A DNA stretch of 64,000 nucleotides from SAR202 cluster bacterium (GCA_022448725.1 JAKUTR010000010.1:7540-71539), one strand, 5' to 3'. Counted from the stretch's first letter, positions 49,975-60,342 are shown. Numbers and translations are program-made. The notes: generated from the letters alone by a model not told the origin.

Positions 49975-51162
49975 ATGCCTAGCACTGCTGAACAAGCTAT
50001 AAAACAACAAATTGGTGAGCTCGGCAAAATTAGTTTCGCCGACTTTATGAGGATCGCCCTGTATCACCCCAGTGATGGGTACTATTCCGCTCAACGCAAC
50101 GATCGATCAGATGACTACTATACTAGCCCCAGGGCTCACCCGGCATTTGGAGCTCTGATAGCGATTCACCTGCGCCACCTTTGGACACTTCTTGGGCACC
50201 CGACACCATACAACGTGGTCGAAATTGGTTCAGGAACTGGGGTGCTTGGTTGCGACGTAGCATCGTATGCCTCTAACAAACTCGAACTCTTCTCAGATTC
50301 GTTGCGGTATCTATCAACTGATTTGCATGAGACCGAACTCCCAATGGGCACAACTGGCTGTGTAGTATCAAATGAACTGCTTGATGCGTTTCCTGTACAC
50401 CGTTTCCAGATAGTCAATGGTGAGGTAAAAGAGATATATGTCACCCTATCCGGCAACGACTTCTGCGAGGTTGTTGGCGAGGCATCTACAGATCAATTAA
50501 AAGACCGATTGGCTGATTTGGATATCAGGATGCCTGAAGGCCATCGTGGTGAAATTAACCTTGGCATACAACCATGGTTCGATAAAGTATCGAAAATTAT
50601 AGAACGAGGTTTCCTTATAACGATCGACTATGGCTACGAAGGGATCCCTTACTACCAAAACCACCCCAACGGTACGCTCCAAACTTATTGGGAACATACT
50701 CAAGGCGTCACTCCTTACAAAAATGTAGGAAAACAGGACATTAGTGCGCACGTAGAGTTCAGCTCCTTGATCAACATAGGCCGTAAATTCGGATTCCATC
50801 CTCTAACATTTATGACTCAAAACCAGTACCTCAAAAATCTTGGAATTGACGTTTGGATTGGGAATCTTCGCCGCAGCGATTACGCCTCTGAAGAACAAGA
50901 GGCTAATTTGTTCGGTATGCGCGACCTTATCAGACCTGAGGGCCTGGGTGGATTCAAGGTCTTGATACAATACAAAGGAGCCGATATAGCTGGACAGGAT
51001 CCCCTGCCTACTGACATACCCCTATCGGAACAACATCCCCCGTTACTTAGCGATAGGCATTTGGAATTAGCACTGGCACGTTACCCCGACTCGAATTCCA
51101 GTTTTCAGTCCCTCTGGCCTTGGGGATCTACATCTGAGGATTCGACAACTTTGTCAGAGTGA
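49975..51162 (+). CDS. SAM-dependent methyltransferase, NDUFAF7/MidA (DUF185) family
   Basis: N-terminal ISFADFMRIALYHPSDGYYS, SAM-binding VVEIGSGTG and SNELLDAFPVH blocks. Confidence 0.8.
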   Translation: MPSTAEQAIKQQIGELGKISFADFMRIALYHPSDGYYSAQRNDRSDDYYTSPRAHPAFGALIAIHLRHLWTLLGHPTPYNVVEIGSGTGVLGCDVASYASNKLELFSDSLRYLSTDLHETELPMGTTGCVVSNELLDAFPVHRFQIVNGEVKEIYVTLSGNDFCEVVGEASTDQLKDRLADLDIRMPEGHRGEINLGIQPWFDKVSKIIERGFLITIDYGYEGIPYYQNHPNGTLQTYWEHTQGVTPYKNVGKQDISAHVEFSSLINIGRKFGFHPLTFMTQNQYLKNLGIDVWIGNLRRSDYASEEQEANLFGMRDLIRPEGLGGFKVLIQYKGADIAGQDPLPTDIPLSEQHPPLLSDRHLELALARYPDSNSSFQSLWPWGSTSEDSTTLSE

Positions 51163-51983
51163 GCAGACTCATCCACCAACGGCGTGTAGATATCAGTTTT
51201 TTTTGCTGAGGTAATAAAACCGGTGTGGCCAATCATCCGGTGGTCCGGCCGGACACTCCGACCGCGGACAGCCCATGTTCTCATAAGGATTTCCGTAGTT
51301 TCAATCATCCCAAACGTCCGCTCAGCTTCAAGGCGTTGGACCAATTCGTGCACCTGCAGAATCGTCGGTAGAAATGTCAGCAATATACCGCCAGGTGCTA
51401 GGGCTGTGACTGCATTCGAAACAACCTCCCAAGGCTGTGGCAAATCCAGAATAATCCGATCCAAGTCAGTTTCATCAATTCGCTCGGATACATCCCCTTG
51501 CTTGAACTCAACAACTGAGCAATCCGGCATCATTGCGAAAAGGTTTTCTCGAGCCCGCTCTGTCATATCTTCACGTATATCGTAAGTGTAGATCTTTCCT
51601 TCACTGCCAACTGCCCGTGCAAGTGCAATAGTTAGTGCCCCCGACCCCGTACCAGCTTCGGCTACGCGTGCTCCTGGGAAAATATCACCGTATGTGATAA
51701 TGGCTCCTATGTCCTTCGGATAGATCACTGTAGCTATACGAGGCATTATCCGGATGAAATCAGCAAGGCCTGGCTTCACCGCCAACAGCACATGTCCTTT
51801 AGAGGTTGTTAATCGAACTCCATCATTCTTCCCTATTATTTCGTTATGTTCGAAGTTACCAAGATGGTTCTGGTCTTTTTTATCAGCCTGAAGCGATGTT
51901 AGGTAGCGCCTACCTCTGCGATCAATCAGCATCGCATAATCTTCATCTTTGAAACGATATCGGGGGGTATTGGAGGCGGTCAT
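51105..51983 (-). CDS. trmI: tRNA (adenine-N1)-methyltransferase (TrmI/GCD14 family)
   Basis: IIYPKD, SAM motif VAEAGTGSGALT, and ILDLPQPWE and GFITSAKK blocks. The non-conserved C-terminal tail overlaps the convergent gene. Confidence 0.85.
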   Translation of the reverse strand: MTASNTPRYRFKDEDYAMLIDRRGRRYLTSLQADKKDQNHLGNFEHNEIIGKNDGVRLTTSKGHVLLAVKPGLADFIRIMPRIATVIYPKDIGAIITYGDIFPGARVAEAGTGSGALTIALARAVGSEGKIYTYDIREDMTERARENLFAMMPDCSVVEFKQGDVSERIDETDLDRIILDLPQPWEVVSNAVTALAPGGILLTFLPTILQVHELVQRLEAERTFGMIETTEILMRTWAVRGRSVRPDHRMIGHTGFITSAKKTDIYTPLVDESAHSDKVVESSDVDPQGQRD

Positions 51984-52057
51984 GATTATATCCAGTAACA
52001 GACCCAGGAGATTATTTATTTTCTATTTATAGGAACGTTGATTAACCGTTATGGAAC

Positions 52058-52933
52058 TTAAATTGATTCAGTTTCCAAGACCCCTACCCTCTTCAACACT
52101 TCATAAACCTCTCTAGCACGCGTCTCCCCAGCATCCGGATTTGGGGGCCTTACTGAAGAATTCTCTATCACTCCTAAGTAATGGAGGATATATTTACAAA
52201 CGGAGTAGGCGTGAGGATCAAAAGTGCAGTAATTTAGGATTGGGACGAGCTTTTCATAGTACAGAGCCCGAGCCTCATCCCAACGATTATCCTTCACTAG
52301 TTCGTAAAGCTTTACTTCATGAGAAGGAACAAGAGTCGCACTACCAGATATCACGCCATCGGCACCCATCTGGTAAGCCAATAAGCTCATCAAATCCCAA
52401 CCGCAAAGCACTGGGGTTTTCAACAATCCCTTCGCTTCATAGTTCTTGTCCGGGATACCACTGATCTTGAGAGCAATAATATTTTCCGTTGCTTCCGTCA
52501 ATGGAAGAATGTCATCACCGATGGATAAATCACCTCTGGCACCTTGGTCATATAGCATCACTGGGACAATGTCGGCAAGCTTCAAGAAATAGTCGCTTAT
52601 AACACCGTCGATAGGCGGACGGGACATCACGTAATCAGCTCCGGCGCCCTTAGCTACTTCTCCAACCTGGAGACCATAATCAAACTCTGCATTTATGATT
52701 CCGACACCTACAGGCACCCGGCCGGCAACATACTCAACTACTGCGCGGGCCGTGTCTCGTCTCTCATCCATGGTATAAGTATCATATTCACCTATCTTCC
52801 CCTGGACCACGACACTTGTCACTCCCGCCTCTAAAACTCGATCAATCTGTCGGTAAATGCCTTCTAAGTCAATTGCACCAGACTCAGAAAATGGGGTCAT
52901 CAGTAAGGTATTCACTCCAGTTAATATTTTCAT
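52058..52933 (-). CDS. dihydrodipicolinate synthase / N-acetylneuraminate lyase family (class I aldolase) protein
   Basis: TPF motif (LLMTPFSESGAID), a GEYDTYTMDER block and a Schiff-base Lys context (IIALKISG). Confidence 0.82.
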   Translation of the reverse strand: MKILTGVNTLLMTPFSESGAIDLEGIYRQIDRVLEAGVTSVVVQGKIGEYDTYTMDERRDTARAVVEYVAGRVPVGVGIINAEFDYGLQVGEVAKGAGADYVMSRPPIDGVISDYFLKLADIVPVMLYDQGARGDLSIGDDILPLTEATENIIALKISGIPDKNYEAKGLLKTPVLCGWDLMSLLAYQMGADGVISGSATLVPSHEVKLYELVKDNRWDEARALYYEKLVPILNYCTFDPHAYSVCKYILHYLGVIENSSVRPPNPDAGETRAREVYEVLKRVGVLETESI

Positions 52934-52942
52934 GTTTTCTCC

Positions 52943-53977
52943 TTACTTTACCTCTCTAAGCCGGAGTCCATGCACCTCACTATTACCCCACTCATCATAG
53001 CAGGAATAATAGACACAAAATACGTCACCATCCGGTAATAAAACTAAACCCGGGTAACCGCAATTCCAGTCAGCTCCTGCATAGAGTTGTCCCCCAAATT
53101 CCCAGCTAATTCCTTGGTCGTAAGTCACACTAAGACTCACCCCGAGCTTGTCAGGATCTCGGTCACGGTAAGCACAAAGGATTGTTCCTGAAGGCAATTG
53201 AATTAGACTAGGGGTCTGTCCGCAAAATGGTAGTGGCTTAGGAGTAGACCACGTTCTCCCTTCATCATCTGAGTCGGATTGGTAAGATGTGTATGGTGGA
53301 TCCTGGGTTCTGACAACTGCTAGCAGATGTCCCTCTTCAACTTGGGTCACGGCGAGTTCATGAAAATTGATGGCCGGATGCTGAGCTACGATGCAAGTGT
53401 TCGGCCATGTTTTCCCACCATCTTGTGAAAAAGCCACTGTGGAATAACTCTTACTCCCATCTTTCGCTGCACTTGAGGGATTTATAACACCCATGGAAGT
53501 TGCTGAGCCATACACCGGGATCATCCACTGACCGTCAGAAAGTTGGATCATTGAGCCTGAGGTGTTCGGCTCAGTCCAACCGTCAAAAAGTGTGAGCTCT
53601 TCGCCCATAGGGCCCCATGAGCACCCCCTGTCAACTGATCGAATCGGGAACACGTGAGCCTCAGGGTTGGCCACAGTAGACCTTCGCGCTAAGAACACAT
53701 ACATCAATAGATTCCCATCAGGAGTGATGGTCATACTTCGACCACCGGCGCAATCCCAACCCGGAATCTCTACTACCTTATTGGGGGACTGCCAGCTACG
53801 TCCGTCGTCCGTTGAACGTACCGTCATCACTACGCCGTCGTCAGTCCGCAAATGGTCAGTTCCCTCACGGTAACCAATTAAAAGATCTCCTCCGGGTAAC
53901 AATACGATCCCGGTTAGAGATCTCGATCGCGGGGCTATCCCACCAACAATTGTTCGTCGTTCAAGGATCTCAAGCAC
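52943..53977 (-). CDS. BNR/Asp-box repeat beta-propeller protein (sialidase-like fold), no signal peptide
   Basis: Five Asp-box-like SxDxGxxW motifs (STDDGRSW, SVDRGCSW, SQDGGKTW, SDDEGRTW, TYDQGISW). The GTG start overlaps the upstream stop by 1 nt. Confidence 0.78.
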   Translation of the reverse strand: MLEILERRTIVGGIAPRSRSLTGIVLLPGGDLLIGYREGTDHLRTDDGVVMTVRSTDDGRSWQSPNKVVEIPGWDCAGGRSMTITPDGNLLMYVFLARRSTVANPEAHVFPIRSVDRGCSWGPMGEELTLFDGWTEPNTSGSMIQLSDGQWMIPVYGSATSMGVINPSSAAKDGSKSYSTVAFSQDGGKTWPNTCIVAQHPAINFHELAVTQVEEGHLLAVVRTQDPPYTSYQSDSDDEGRTWSTPKPLPFCGQTPSLIQLPSGTILCAYRDRDPDKLGVSLSVTYDQGISWEFGGQLYAGADWNCGYPGLVLLPDGDVFCVYYSCYDEWGNSEVHGLRLREVK

Positions 53978-54690
53978 TACGTTAGACGTAAAAACGTGGC
54001 ATTCAAATGATCGATGGTTGCATTAACCATGTATTCGACTAGGAGTTTACCTTTCTCGGCAGTTGCAAAACTAGGACGCCCCCAGATTCCATCAGGCGCA
54101 TACTGCTTCATTGGTCCCAGGTCGAAAGCAGAGGCGTCTAACGATGGCACATAGTCAATTCTATCCTCACCAACCTGTTCAGGAGCTATATGCATCATGA
54201 TTGATGTTTCCATCTCTCCCGCATGTAGATCTTCATCAAAAGTCTCTACTATCTCTGTTAGCTTCGCCCCACTCTGTAGCATAGGCTGGACAAGAACGGC
54301 TTTCCCTTCCGATTGAGCCCAGTTAACTTGTCGTACGGCAACTTTTAGCGCGATATTTCCGCCATGAAAGTTGAGCACGCCGATACGAGTAAAGCCTTGG
54401 GAGATAAGACTCATACAAATGTCTTTAGTGATAGTTTTAAGTGATTCGTGAGTGATAGATACAGATCCCTTGAATCCGTCGTGCACTTCTGAAGAACCAT
54501 ATGGAATACCAGGTAGAAGAAGTGCTCCCATCCGGTTCGCAACAAGCTTAGAAACATACTCGGCCTGAGCCCAATCCACAGAAAGTGGGAGATGTGGTCC
54601 GTGCTGTTCAATGGCACCGACTGGAAGAATAGCTGTATCTACGCCACTCTCGTCTATGTCTTGGGAAGTATTGGTTACGTCAAGCATCAC
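53977..54690 (-). CDS. creatininase-family amidohydrolase
   Basis: Hallmark LPVGAIEQHGPHLPL, LNFHGGN and HAGEMETS motifs. Confidence 0.85.
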   Translation of the reverse strand: MMLDVTNTSQDIDESGVDTAILPVGAIEQHGPHLPLSVDWAQAEYVSKLVANRMGALLLPGIPYGSSEVHDGFKGSVSITHESLKTITKDICMSLISQGFTRIGVLNFHGGNIALKVAVRQVNWAQSEGKAVLVQPMLQSGAKLTEIVETFDEDLHAGEMETSIMMHIAPEQVGEDRIDYVPSLDASAFDLGPMKQYAPDGIWGRPSFATAEKGKLLVEYMVNATIDHLNATFLRLT

Positions 54691-54757
54691 ACATGATGTT
54701 ATGACCGTAACCTATGAACGTCAACATTTCAGCACGAGACTAAGTACGCCGGACGAT

Positions 54758-56242
54758 CTACCCTTTCCAGCGAAGAACCGGCTTACGAGCTGCCTGAGCC
54801 TCATCAAGACGAGTATTCGGAGTGTCATGGGGTGCGTCATGAAGGAGATCTGGGTTTTCTTCGGCCTCTTTGGCAATTGCTTTCATGACCATAATAAACT
54901 GGTCGAGTGTCTCTTTACTCTCTGTCTCAGTTGGTTCAATGAGAAGCGATTCTTCCACTACGTTGGGTAATGGGAAATACATCGTCGGAGGATGGATTCC
55001 ATAATCGATTAATCGCTTACAGATGTCCTTAGCATCAGTCCCGTGGGCATCTTTCAAGCTTTTGGCAGACAGGACAACTTCGTGCTTACAATGGCGGTCG
55101 TGTGGAAGATCAAAAGTGCCACGCAGTTGAGTTAGGAGGTAGTTAGCATTTATTACAGCATCTTCGCTTATTTGGGATACACCTTGATTCCCTAGAGTCC
55201 TGATATATGCATAGGCACGAACTAAAGCTCCAAAATTACCATGGAAAGGACTAAGCCGTCCTACACTCTCAGGAGGCGTAAATAGTGAGAATTTCTCCGT
55301 CCCGTCCTCTGCTGTCTCTTTTTTAACTGTTGGGGTAGGTAGGAAGGGCAGTAACCGCTCACTGACCATAACAGCCCCAGCACCTGGTCCTCCGCCACCA
55401 TGTGGCTGAGTAAATGTTTTATGTAGGTTCGAGTGCACGACATCAAATCCAAGTTCACCCAGTTTCACTTTACCAAGAAGAGCATTGAGATTAGCGCCAT
55501 CCCCGTAAACAACACCACCAGCTTCACGAACAATTTGAACAACTTCCAGAAGGTTCGTGTCAAAGATCCCTAGTGTGCTTGGTTGGGTAAGCATGAATCC
55601 AGCCAAGTCCGGCCCAACGGCCACTTTAAGCGCTTCTATGTCCGTGTCGCCATTATCATTGGTGGGAAGTGAAACCACATGAAATCCGGCGACAACGGCA
55701 GAGGCAGGGTTGGTGCCGTGAGCACTATCAGGAATCAAAACTTTTTTACGACCCGTATCTCCGCGGGACAAGTGGTAGGCTCTCGCCATGAGCATACCGG
55801 CCAATTCACTCTCAGCACCTGCCTTGGGTGAGACGTTGGCACCTGCCATTCCCATTATTTCCGTAAGCATCTCTTGGAGATGCCAAATGATTCTGAGTGC
55901 CCCCTGTACAGTCTCATCCGGCTGTAAGGGGTGTATCTCAGAAAAACCAGCTAGCCCAGCCATTTCGTCGTTCAACTTAGGGTTGTACTTCATCGTACAA
56001 CTCCCAAGTGGATAGAAATTATGATCAATAGAGAAGTTGAACTGACTGAGCTGCGAAAAATATCGAACGATCTCGCTTTCGGATACCTCCGGCATCTCAA
56101 GTTGGTCACGCAGCAAGTTTTCGTCGGGTAATTTCGTCTTTGGTACGTCCAGTGGAACGAACGTGGTCCCAACTCGGCCAGCGGCACTACGATCCATTAA
56201 GAGTTGGCGCTTTTGTTCTTCAAGAGATCTCAGCAAAGTCAT
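54758..56242 (-). CDS. gcvPB: glycine dehydrogenase (decarboxylating) subunit 2
   Basis: PLP-Lys context (HSNLHKTF) and the GSCTMKYNP block. Start moved to the ATG at 56242, which overlaps the gcvPA stop (ATGA). Confidence 0.93.
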   Translation of the reverse strand: MTLLRSLEEQKRQLLMDRSAAGRVGTTFVPLDVPKTKLPDENLLRDQLEMPEVSESEIVRYFSQLSQFNFSIDHNFYPLGSCTMKYNPKLNDEMAGLAGFSEIHPLQPDETVQGALRIIWHLQEMLTEIMGMAGANVSPKAGAESELAGMLMARAYHLSRGDTGRKKVLIPDSAHGTNPASAVVAGFHVVSLPTNDNGDTDIEALKVAVGPDLAGFMLTQPSTLGIFDTNLLEVVQIVREAGGVVYGDGANLNALLGKVKLGELGFDVVHSNLHKTFTQPHGGGGPGAGAVMVSERLLPFLPTPTVKKETAEDGTEKFSLFTPPESVGRLSPFHGNFGALVRAYAYIRTLGNQGVSQISEDAVINANYLLTQLRGTFDLPHDRHCKHEVVLSAKSLKDAHGTDAKDICKRLIDYGIHPPTMYFPLPNVVEESLLIEPTETESKETLDQFIMVMKAIAKEAEENPDLLHDAPHDTPNTRLDEAQAARKPVLRWKG

Positions 56243-57576
56243 TCTGACATTACCCCGATCTCTGCTAATGCTGAAGCAAACGCTTCGATCTCTTCCCGAG
56301 TATTTACGTCTGTACAACAAACTAGCATGCCATTAGCTATCTGATCGCTAACATCCATACCACCTATGATCCTACGATCCAGCAGACGCTCATTGATCTT
56401 ACTGGGAGGTTGTGGGCACTGAATGACAAATTCCCGAAAGAATGTCCCTTCCAGTGGAACACTGTATCCAGGGATCTTCTCGACTAATGAAGCTAAGTAG
56501 TGCGCCTTGTGATAGCAAAGTTCGGAAAGATGCTTTAAACCTTTCTTGCCTTGTGCAGCCATATAAACTGTCGACATCAACGCAATGAGACCAACCGAAG
56601 TACAGATATTGGATGTAGCTTTCTCACGCCGAATATGTTGTTCACGGGTTTGAAGAGTCAGCACATAACCAACCCGCCCCTGGGTGTCCACAGTTTGACC
56701 AACAATCCGACCTGGCATTTGTCGTAAAAATTCACGCTCACCTTTACAGGCAAAAACGCCGACGTATGGACCTCCAAATGTCGGTGCAACGCCCAGAGCC
56801 TGACCTTCGGCAACTACGATATCAGCGCCGTAGTCGCCAGGCGGCTTAAACATACCGAGAGAAACAAGATCCGCCACTACCACTAGAAGTCCACCTTTTG
56901 AGTGAATTGACTCACCCAATGACTCAAGATCCTCCATATAACCAAACACGTTGGGCTGCTGAACTACAAGACAGGCTACGTCTTCACCAATGTCCAGATC
57001 CTCGTTCGAAAACACGTCTACGGGAAGTTCATGACCCTGCGTATAGGTTCGAACAACGTCGGCATAGTCGCTTGATACCGTATCTAACAATACGATACGA
57101 TTTCTGCCAGTGATCCGGGCCGCCATCATTGCTGCCTCAGCCAAAGACGTAGAGCCTTCGTACATCCCGGAGTTTGCAACGTCCATGCCTGTCAGTTGAC
57201 ATACTAGTGACTGGAATTCGTAATGCGCCTGTAAGGTTCCCTGTGATACTTCCGGCTGGTAGGGGGTATAGGAAGTCATGTACTCACTACGACTAGCCAG
57301 TTGTCTCACAATTGCCGGCACGTGATGACTGTAGGCACCAGCCCCAAGGAAACTGGCGTAGTCTCCCGGAGTTACGTTCTGAGCAGCGAGGTTCTCTAGT
57401 TCTTTTCTTAGTTCGAATTCCGAAACTGGGCTGGGGATATCAAGGTCCGGAAACCTATATTCTTCAGGGATATCGTCAAATAACTCTGACGCAGATGCGA
57501 TCCCTATTGAATCGAGCATTGCTGCGCGGTCTTTTTCAGTATTGGGTGAGTAAGGCGACGTGAAGTCGTTGTTCAT
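56239..57576 (-). CDS. gcvPA: glycine dehydrogenase (decarboxylating) subunit 1
   Basis: Blocks FLGAGAY, YTPYQPEVSQGTLQ and REQHIRREKATSNICT. Confidence 0.95.
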   Translation of the reverse strand: MNNDFTSPYSPNTEKDRAAMLDSIGIASASELFDDIPEEYRFPDLDIPSPVSEFELRKELENLAAQNVTPGDYASFLGAGAYSHHVPAIVRQLASRSEYMTSYTPYQPEVSQGTLQAHYEFQSLVCQLTGMDVANSGMYEGSTSLAEAAMMAARITGRNRIVLLDTVSSDYADVVRTYTQGHELPVDVFSNEDLDIGEDVACLVVQQPNVFGYMEDLESLGESIHSKGGLLVVVADLVSLGMFKPPGDYGADIVVAEGQALGVAPTFGGPYVGVFACKGEREFLRQMPGRIVGQTVDTQGRVGYVLTLQTREQHIRREKATSNICTSVGLIALMSTVYMAAQGKKGLKHLSELCYHKAHYLASLVEKIPGYSVPLEGTFFREFVIQCPQPPSKINERLLDRRIIGGMDVSDQIANGMLVCCTDVNTREEIEAFASALAEIGVMSE

Positions 57577-57631
57577 ACAAAAACGGTCTAGAAAGATTTT
57601 GAAAGAATATAATTATAACCGAGAGTATTTG

Positions 57632-58015
57632 CTAGCTTTCCAGGAACTGTTCATACTCCTCGGCTGACATAAGCTCATCTAAGCTGGACGTATCTGCAAC
57701 CTCAACTTTGATCATCCATCCCTGTTCATAAGCTGAATCATTCACGATCTCCGGGGCATCAGACAATTCTTCGTTACGCTGAATCACCGTACCGGTCACA
57801 GGAGAATACAACTCGCTAACCGCCTTAACAGATTCGATTTCACCAAACTGTTCCTGTGATACAACTTTAGCGCCTGGCTCTGGTAGTTCAACGAAAACCA
57901 CGTCGCCCAGTTCATCAGCCGCGTAAGTAGTGATTCCAATTACTACTTCAGTATCAGATTCAACCCGAACCCACTCGTGTTCTTTTGTGTATTTTATGTC
58001 AGCAGGATAAGACAT
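57632..58015 (-). CDS. gcvH: glycine cleavage system protein H
   Basis: YTKEHEWV N-terminus and lipoyl-Lys context (IESVKAVSELYSPV). Confidence 0.95.
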   Translation of the reverse strand: MSYPADIKYTKEHEWVRVESDTEVVIGITTYAADELGDVVFVELPEPGAKVVSQEQFGEIESVKAVSELYSPVTGTVIQRNEELSDAPEIVNDSAYEQGWMIKVEVADTSSLDELMSAEEYEQFLES

Positions 58016-59103
58016 TAGCGACTCCGGAGGTAGAACGGTAGACAGGTCACCTCAGCCTCAATTTTCTTGCCTCGAATCTCAATAAAGAGGCGGGTCCCCT
58101 CACTTGTGAAACCAGAACGAACATAGCCGAGGCCGATAGCCTTGTCAAGGGTAGGTGAAACGCTACCACTGGTAACTGTACCAATCATTTCCGCCCCATC
58201 TGTTATTGGATACCCATGTCTCGCGATTCCCCTGCCTACCATGGTAAAACCCACTAATGAGCGTGAAGGCGCCATCTGTCTCATCTCGCGTAACGTTGTA
58301 CCCGGGATGTAAGCTTCGCGATTAGCATCTACGAACTTATCAAGCCCTGCCTCGTAGGGATTTATTGTTTGGTCCATGTCATTACCATGGAGAAGCAACC
58401 CCGCCTCAAGTCTCAGCACATCACGTGCACCAAGACCACAAGGGATAGCCCCGTGTTGTATTAGCTGATCCCAGACATCCAAAACGACATCTGTAGAAGG
58501 CATTATCTCGAAACCATCCTCGCCAGTGTACCCAGTACGCGCTACCAACATCGTCTGCCCACATATAGCCATCTCGACTATGCGAAAGGGGCCCACGCTC
58601 TCCAAATCTGATTCGGCCAACGCGGATAATGTCTGAAACGAGTCAGGCCCCTGTACTGCAATCATCGCTGTACGCTCAGAAACATCATCTATTGCTACAG
58701 AGTCATCGTTGGGGAGCCATCGGTTCAGCCACGACGAAATCGCTTCTCGATTACCTGCGTTAGGTATCAACATATATTCCATCGGACTGAGCCTGTAGAC
58801 AATATTATCGTCGATGATGCCACCCTCTTGATCACACGTAACACCATACTTTGCCCGGCCCACAGCAAGCTTTTCAACATCTGTACTAAAGATACAACTA
58901 AGGAACTCTCCTGCACCTGTCCCCTTGACCACAACACGTCCCATGTGGGATACGTCAAATATACCGACACTATTACGAACGGCACGCGTCTCGTCCAAGA
59001 TACCGGTGTATTGAACAGGCATGTCCCAACCGCCAAATGGAACCATGCGAGCTCCTAGTGAAATATGTGACGGGTGGAGTGGTGTCTTAAATAGTGTTTC
59101 CAT
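58015..59103 (-). CDS. gcvT: glycine cleavage system aminomethyltransferase T
   Basis: Blocks TPLH...GARMVPFGGWDMPVQY, IFDVSHMG and TGYTGEDGFE. Its stop overlaps the gcvH ATG by 1 nt. Confidence 0.95.
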   Translation of the reverse strand: METLFKTPLHPSHISLGARMVPFGGWDMPVQYTGILDETRAVRNSVGIFDVSHMGRVVVKGTGAGEFLSCIFSTDVEKLAVGRAKYGVTCDQEGGIIDDNIVYRLSPMEYMLIPNAGNREAISSWLNRWLPNDDSVAIDDVSERTAMIAVQGPDSFQTLSALAESDLESVGPFRIVEMAICGQTMLVARTGYTGEDGFEIMPSTDVVLDVWDQLIQHGAIPCGLGARDVLRLEAGLLLHGNDMDQTINPYEAGLDKFVDANREAYIPGTTLREMRQMAPSRSLVGFTMVGRGIARHGYPITDGAEMIGTVTSGSVSPTLDKAIGLGYVRSGFTSEGTRLFIEIRGKKIEAEVTCLPFYLRSR

Positions 59104-59396
59104 GTTGCTTCGCTGTTTCTAAAGGTTAGTTCTTGGCATTTCTGTCTACCCGACATATGGCGTGTACCTAGCAAATAGCCAAAACCATTTGTTGGGCGGG
59201 ATTCCCATCTGTCGATTCCCTACCATTATACGTAACGATGCCGTCTAAACTGAAATGATTAAATCGGTGGGTTCATCTAATTCATCGATTTGATCTATTG
59301 ATAACAAACCCACAGGATTTGCACATGGCTCCAACCTGTTAGACTACTTTTTATAAGATATCGTGACCCCCATATAGATACACTGGAGTTAATCAA

Positions 59397-60179
59397 ATGT
59401 CGTTTTTTTTCATACAGATGTCTGATCCTCAATTCGGGATGTTTGCATCGAGAGACGCAGCACCCTCTGACGGTAGTTTCCCCGAAACTGAACTGTTCGA
59501 AAAAGCCATTGCTGCCGCCAACAGGTTGAGGCCTGCGTTCGTGGTTATAACAGGCGACCTAGTGCAAGTTCCCACAGATGAAAGACAGCATGAAGAATTA
59601 ACCCGTATAGCTGGTTTATTAGATGAAGATATCCCTCTAAAGTTGGCCCCAGGTAACGCAGACCTCGGCAATACACCAACAGATGAGAGTCTATCTCGAT
59701 TCCGTAATAAATTCGGTCGCGATTACTACTCCTTTGATCACGAAAACAGCCATTTCACCGTCGTCAATAGTTGTCTTGCTTTTGATCCTTCGGAAGTCCC
59801 ATCAGAATGGGAAGCAGAACTCACTTTCTTGAAAGAAGACCTAGCAGCAGCTGGTGAGAGCAAGCATCGGATTCTTTTCATGCATCACCCATTATTTGGT
59901 GATGACCCTACCGAAGCCGACAATCACATGAGTATCCCTCAAGACCAGCGTAAAGAATTGTTGAACCTCGCACACGAAACCACTGTCACAGCTGTTTTCG
60001 CGGGCCATTGGCATCGCCCACACGAAGTTAACGACGGCGATCTGATGATGGTAATTACTGGTGCCGTGGGCTATCCCATAAGTGGTGGATCGGGCCTTCG
60101 GATAGTAAAAGTATACGATGATCGTCTTGAGCATGAATATTTCAGTATGGATACAATCCCAGACACAGTCTCCCTGTAG
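59397..60179 (+). CDS. metallophosphoesterase (calcineurin-like)
   Basis: Metal-ligand motifs: SDPQFG, ITGDLV, GNAD, HHP and GHWH. Confidence 0.82.
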   Translation: MSFFFIQMSDPQFGMFASRDAAPSDGSFPETELFEKAIAAANRLRPAFVVITGDLVQVPTDERQHEELTRIAGLLDEDIPLKLAPGNADLGNTPTDESLSRFRNKFGRDYYSFDHENSHFTVVNSCLAFDPSEVPSEWEAELTFLKEDLAAAGESKHRILFMHHPLFGDDPTEADNHMSIPQDQRKELLNLAHETTVTAVFAGHWHRPHEVNDGDLMMVITGAVGYPISGGSGLRIVKVYDDRLEHEYFSMDTIPDTVSL

Positions 60180-60342
60180 CTAACTGTGCTAAGCTCTAAT
60201 TCACCATAGGCTGAAGCAAAACTTCGCCTATTCCCATACAACTACCAAGCTTACCCACTTCGTTTATCAAGTCTGATATAGACTCCCTCTGTTAGTAGGT
60301 CTCAATGCAGCGCTGGGTGATGGGTAACAGCCAATTTACAGA

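Noticed and set aside
59104-59396. Expected a glycine riboswitch in the 293-nt region upstream of gcvT.
   Set aside because: I read the minus strand by eye. The conserved cores (GGAGAG ... CACCGAAGGGGCAA ... CTCAGGCAAAAGGAC type) are absent. Only a TATAAT hexamer (about 59229-59234, minus strand) with no good -35 and some weak hairpins were seen. A covariance-model scan (Rfam RF00504) would settle it.
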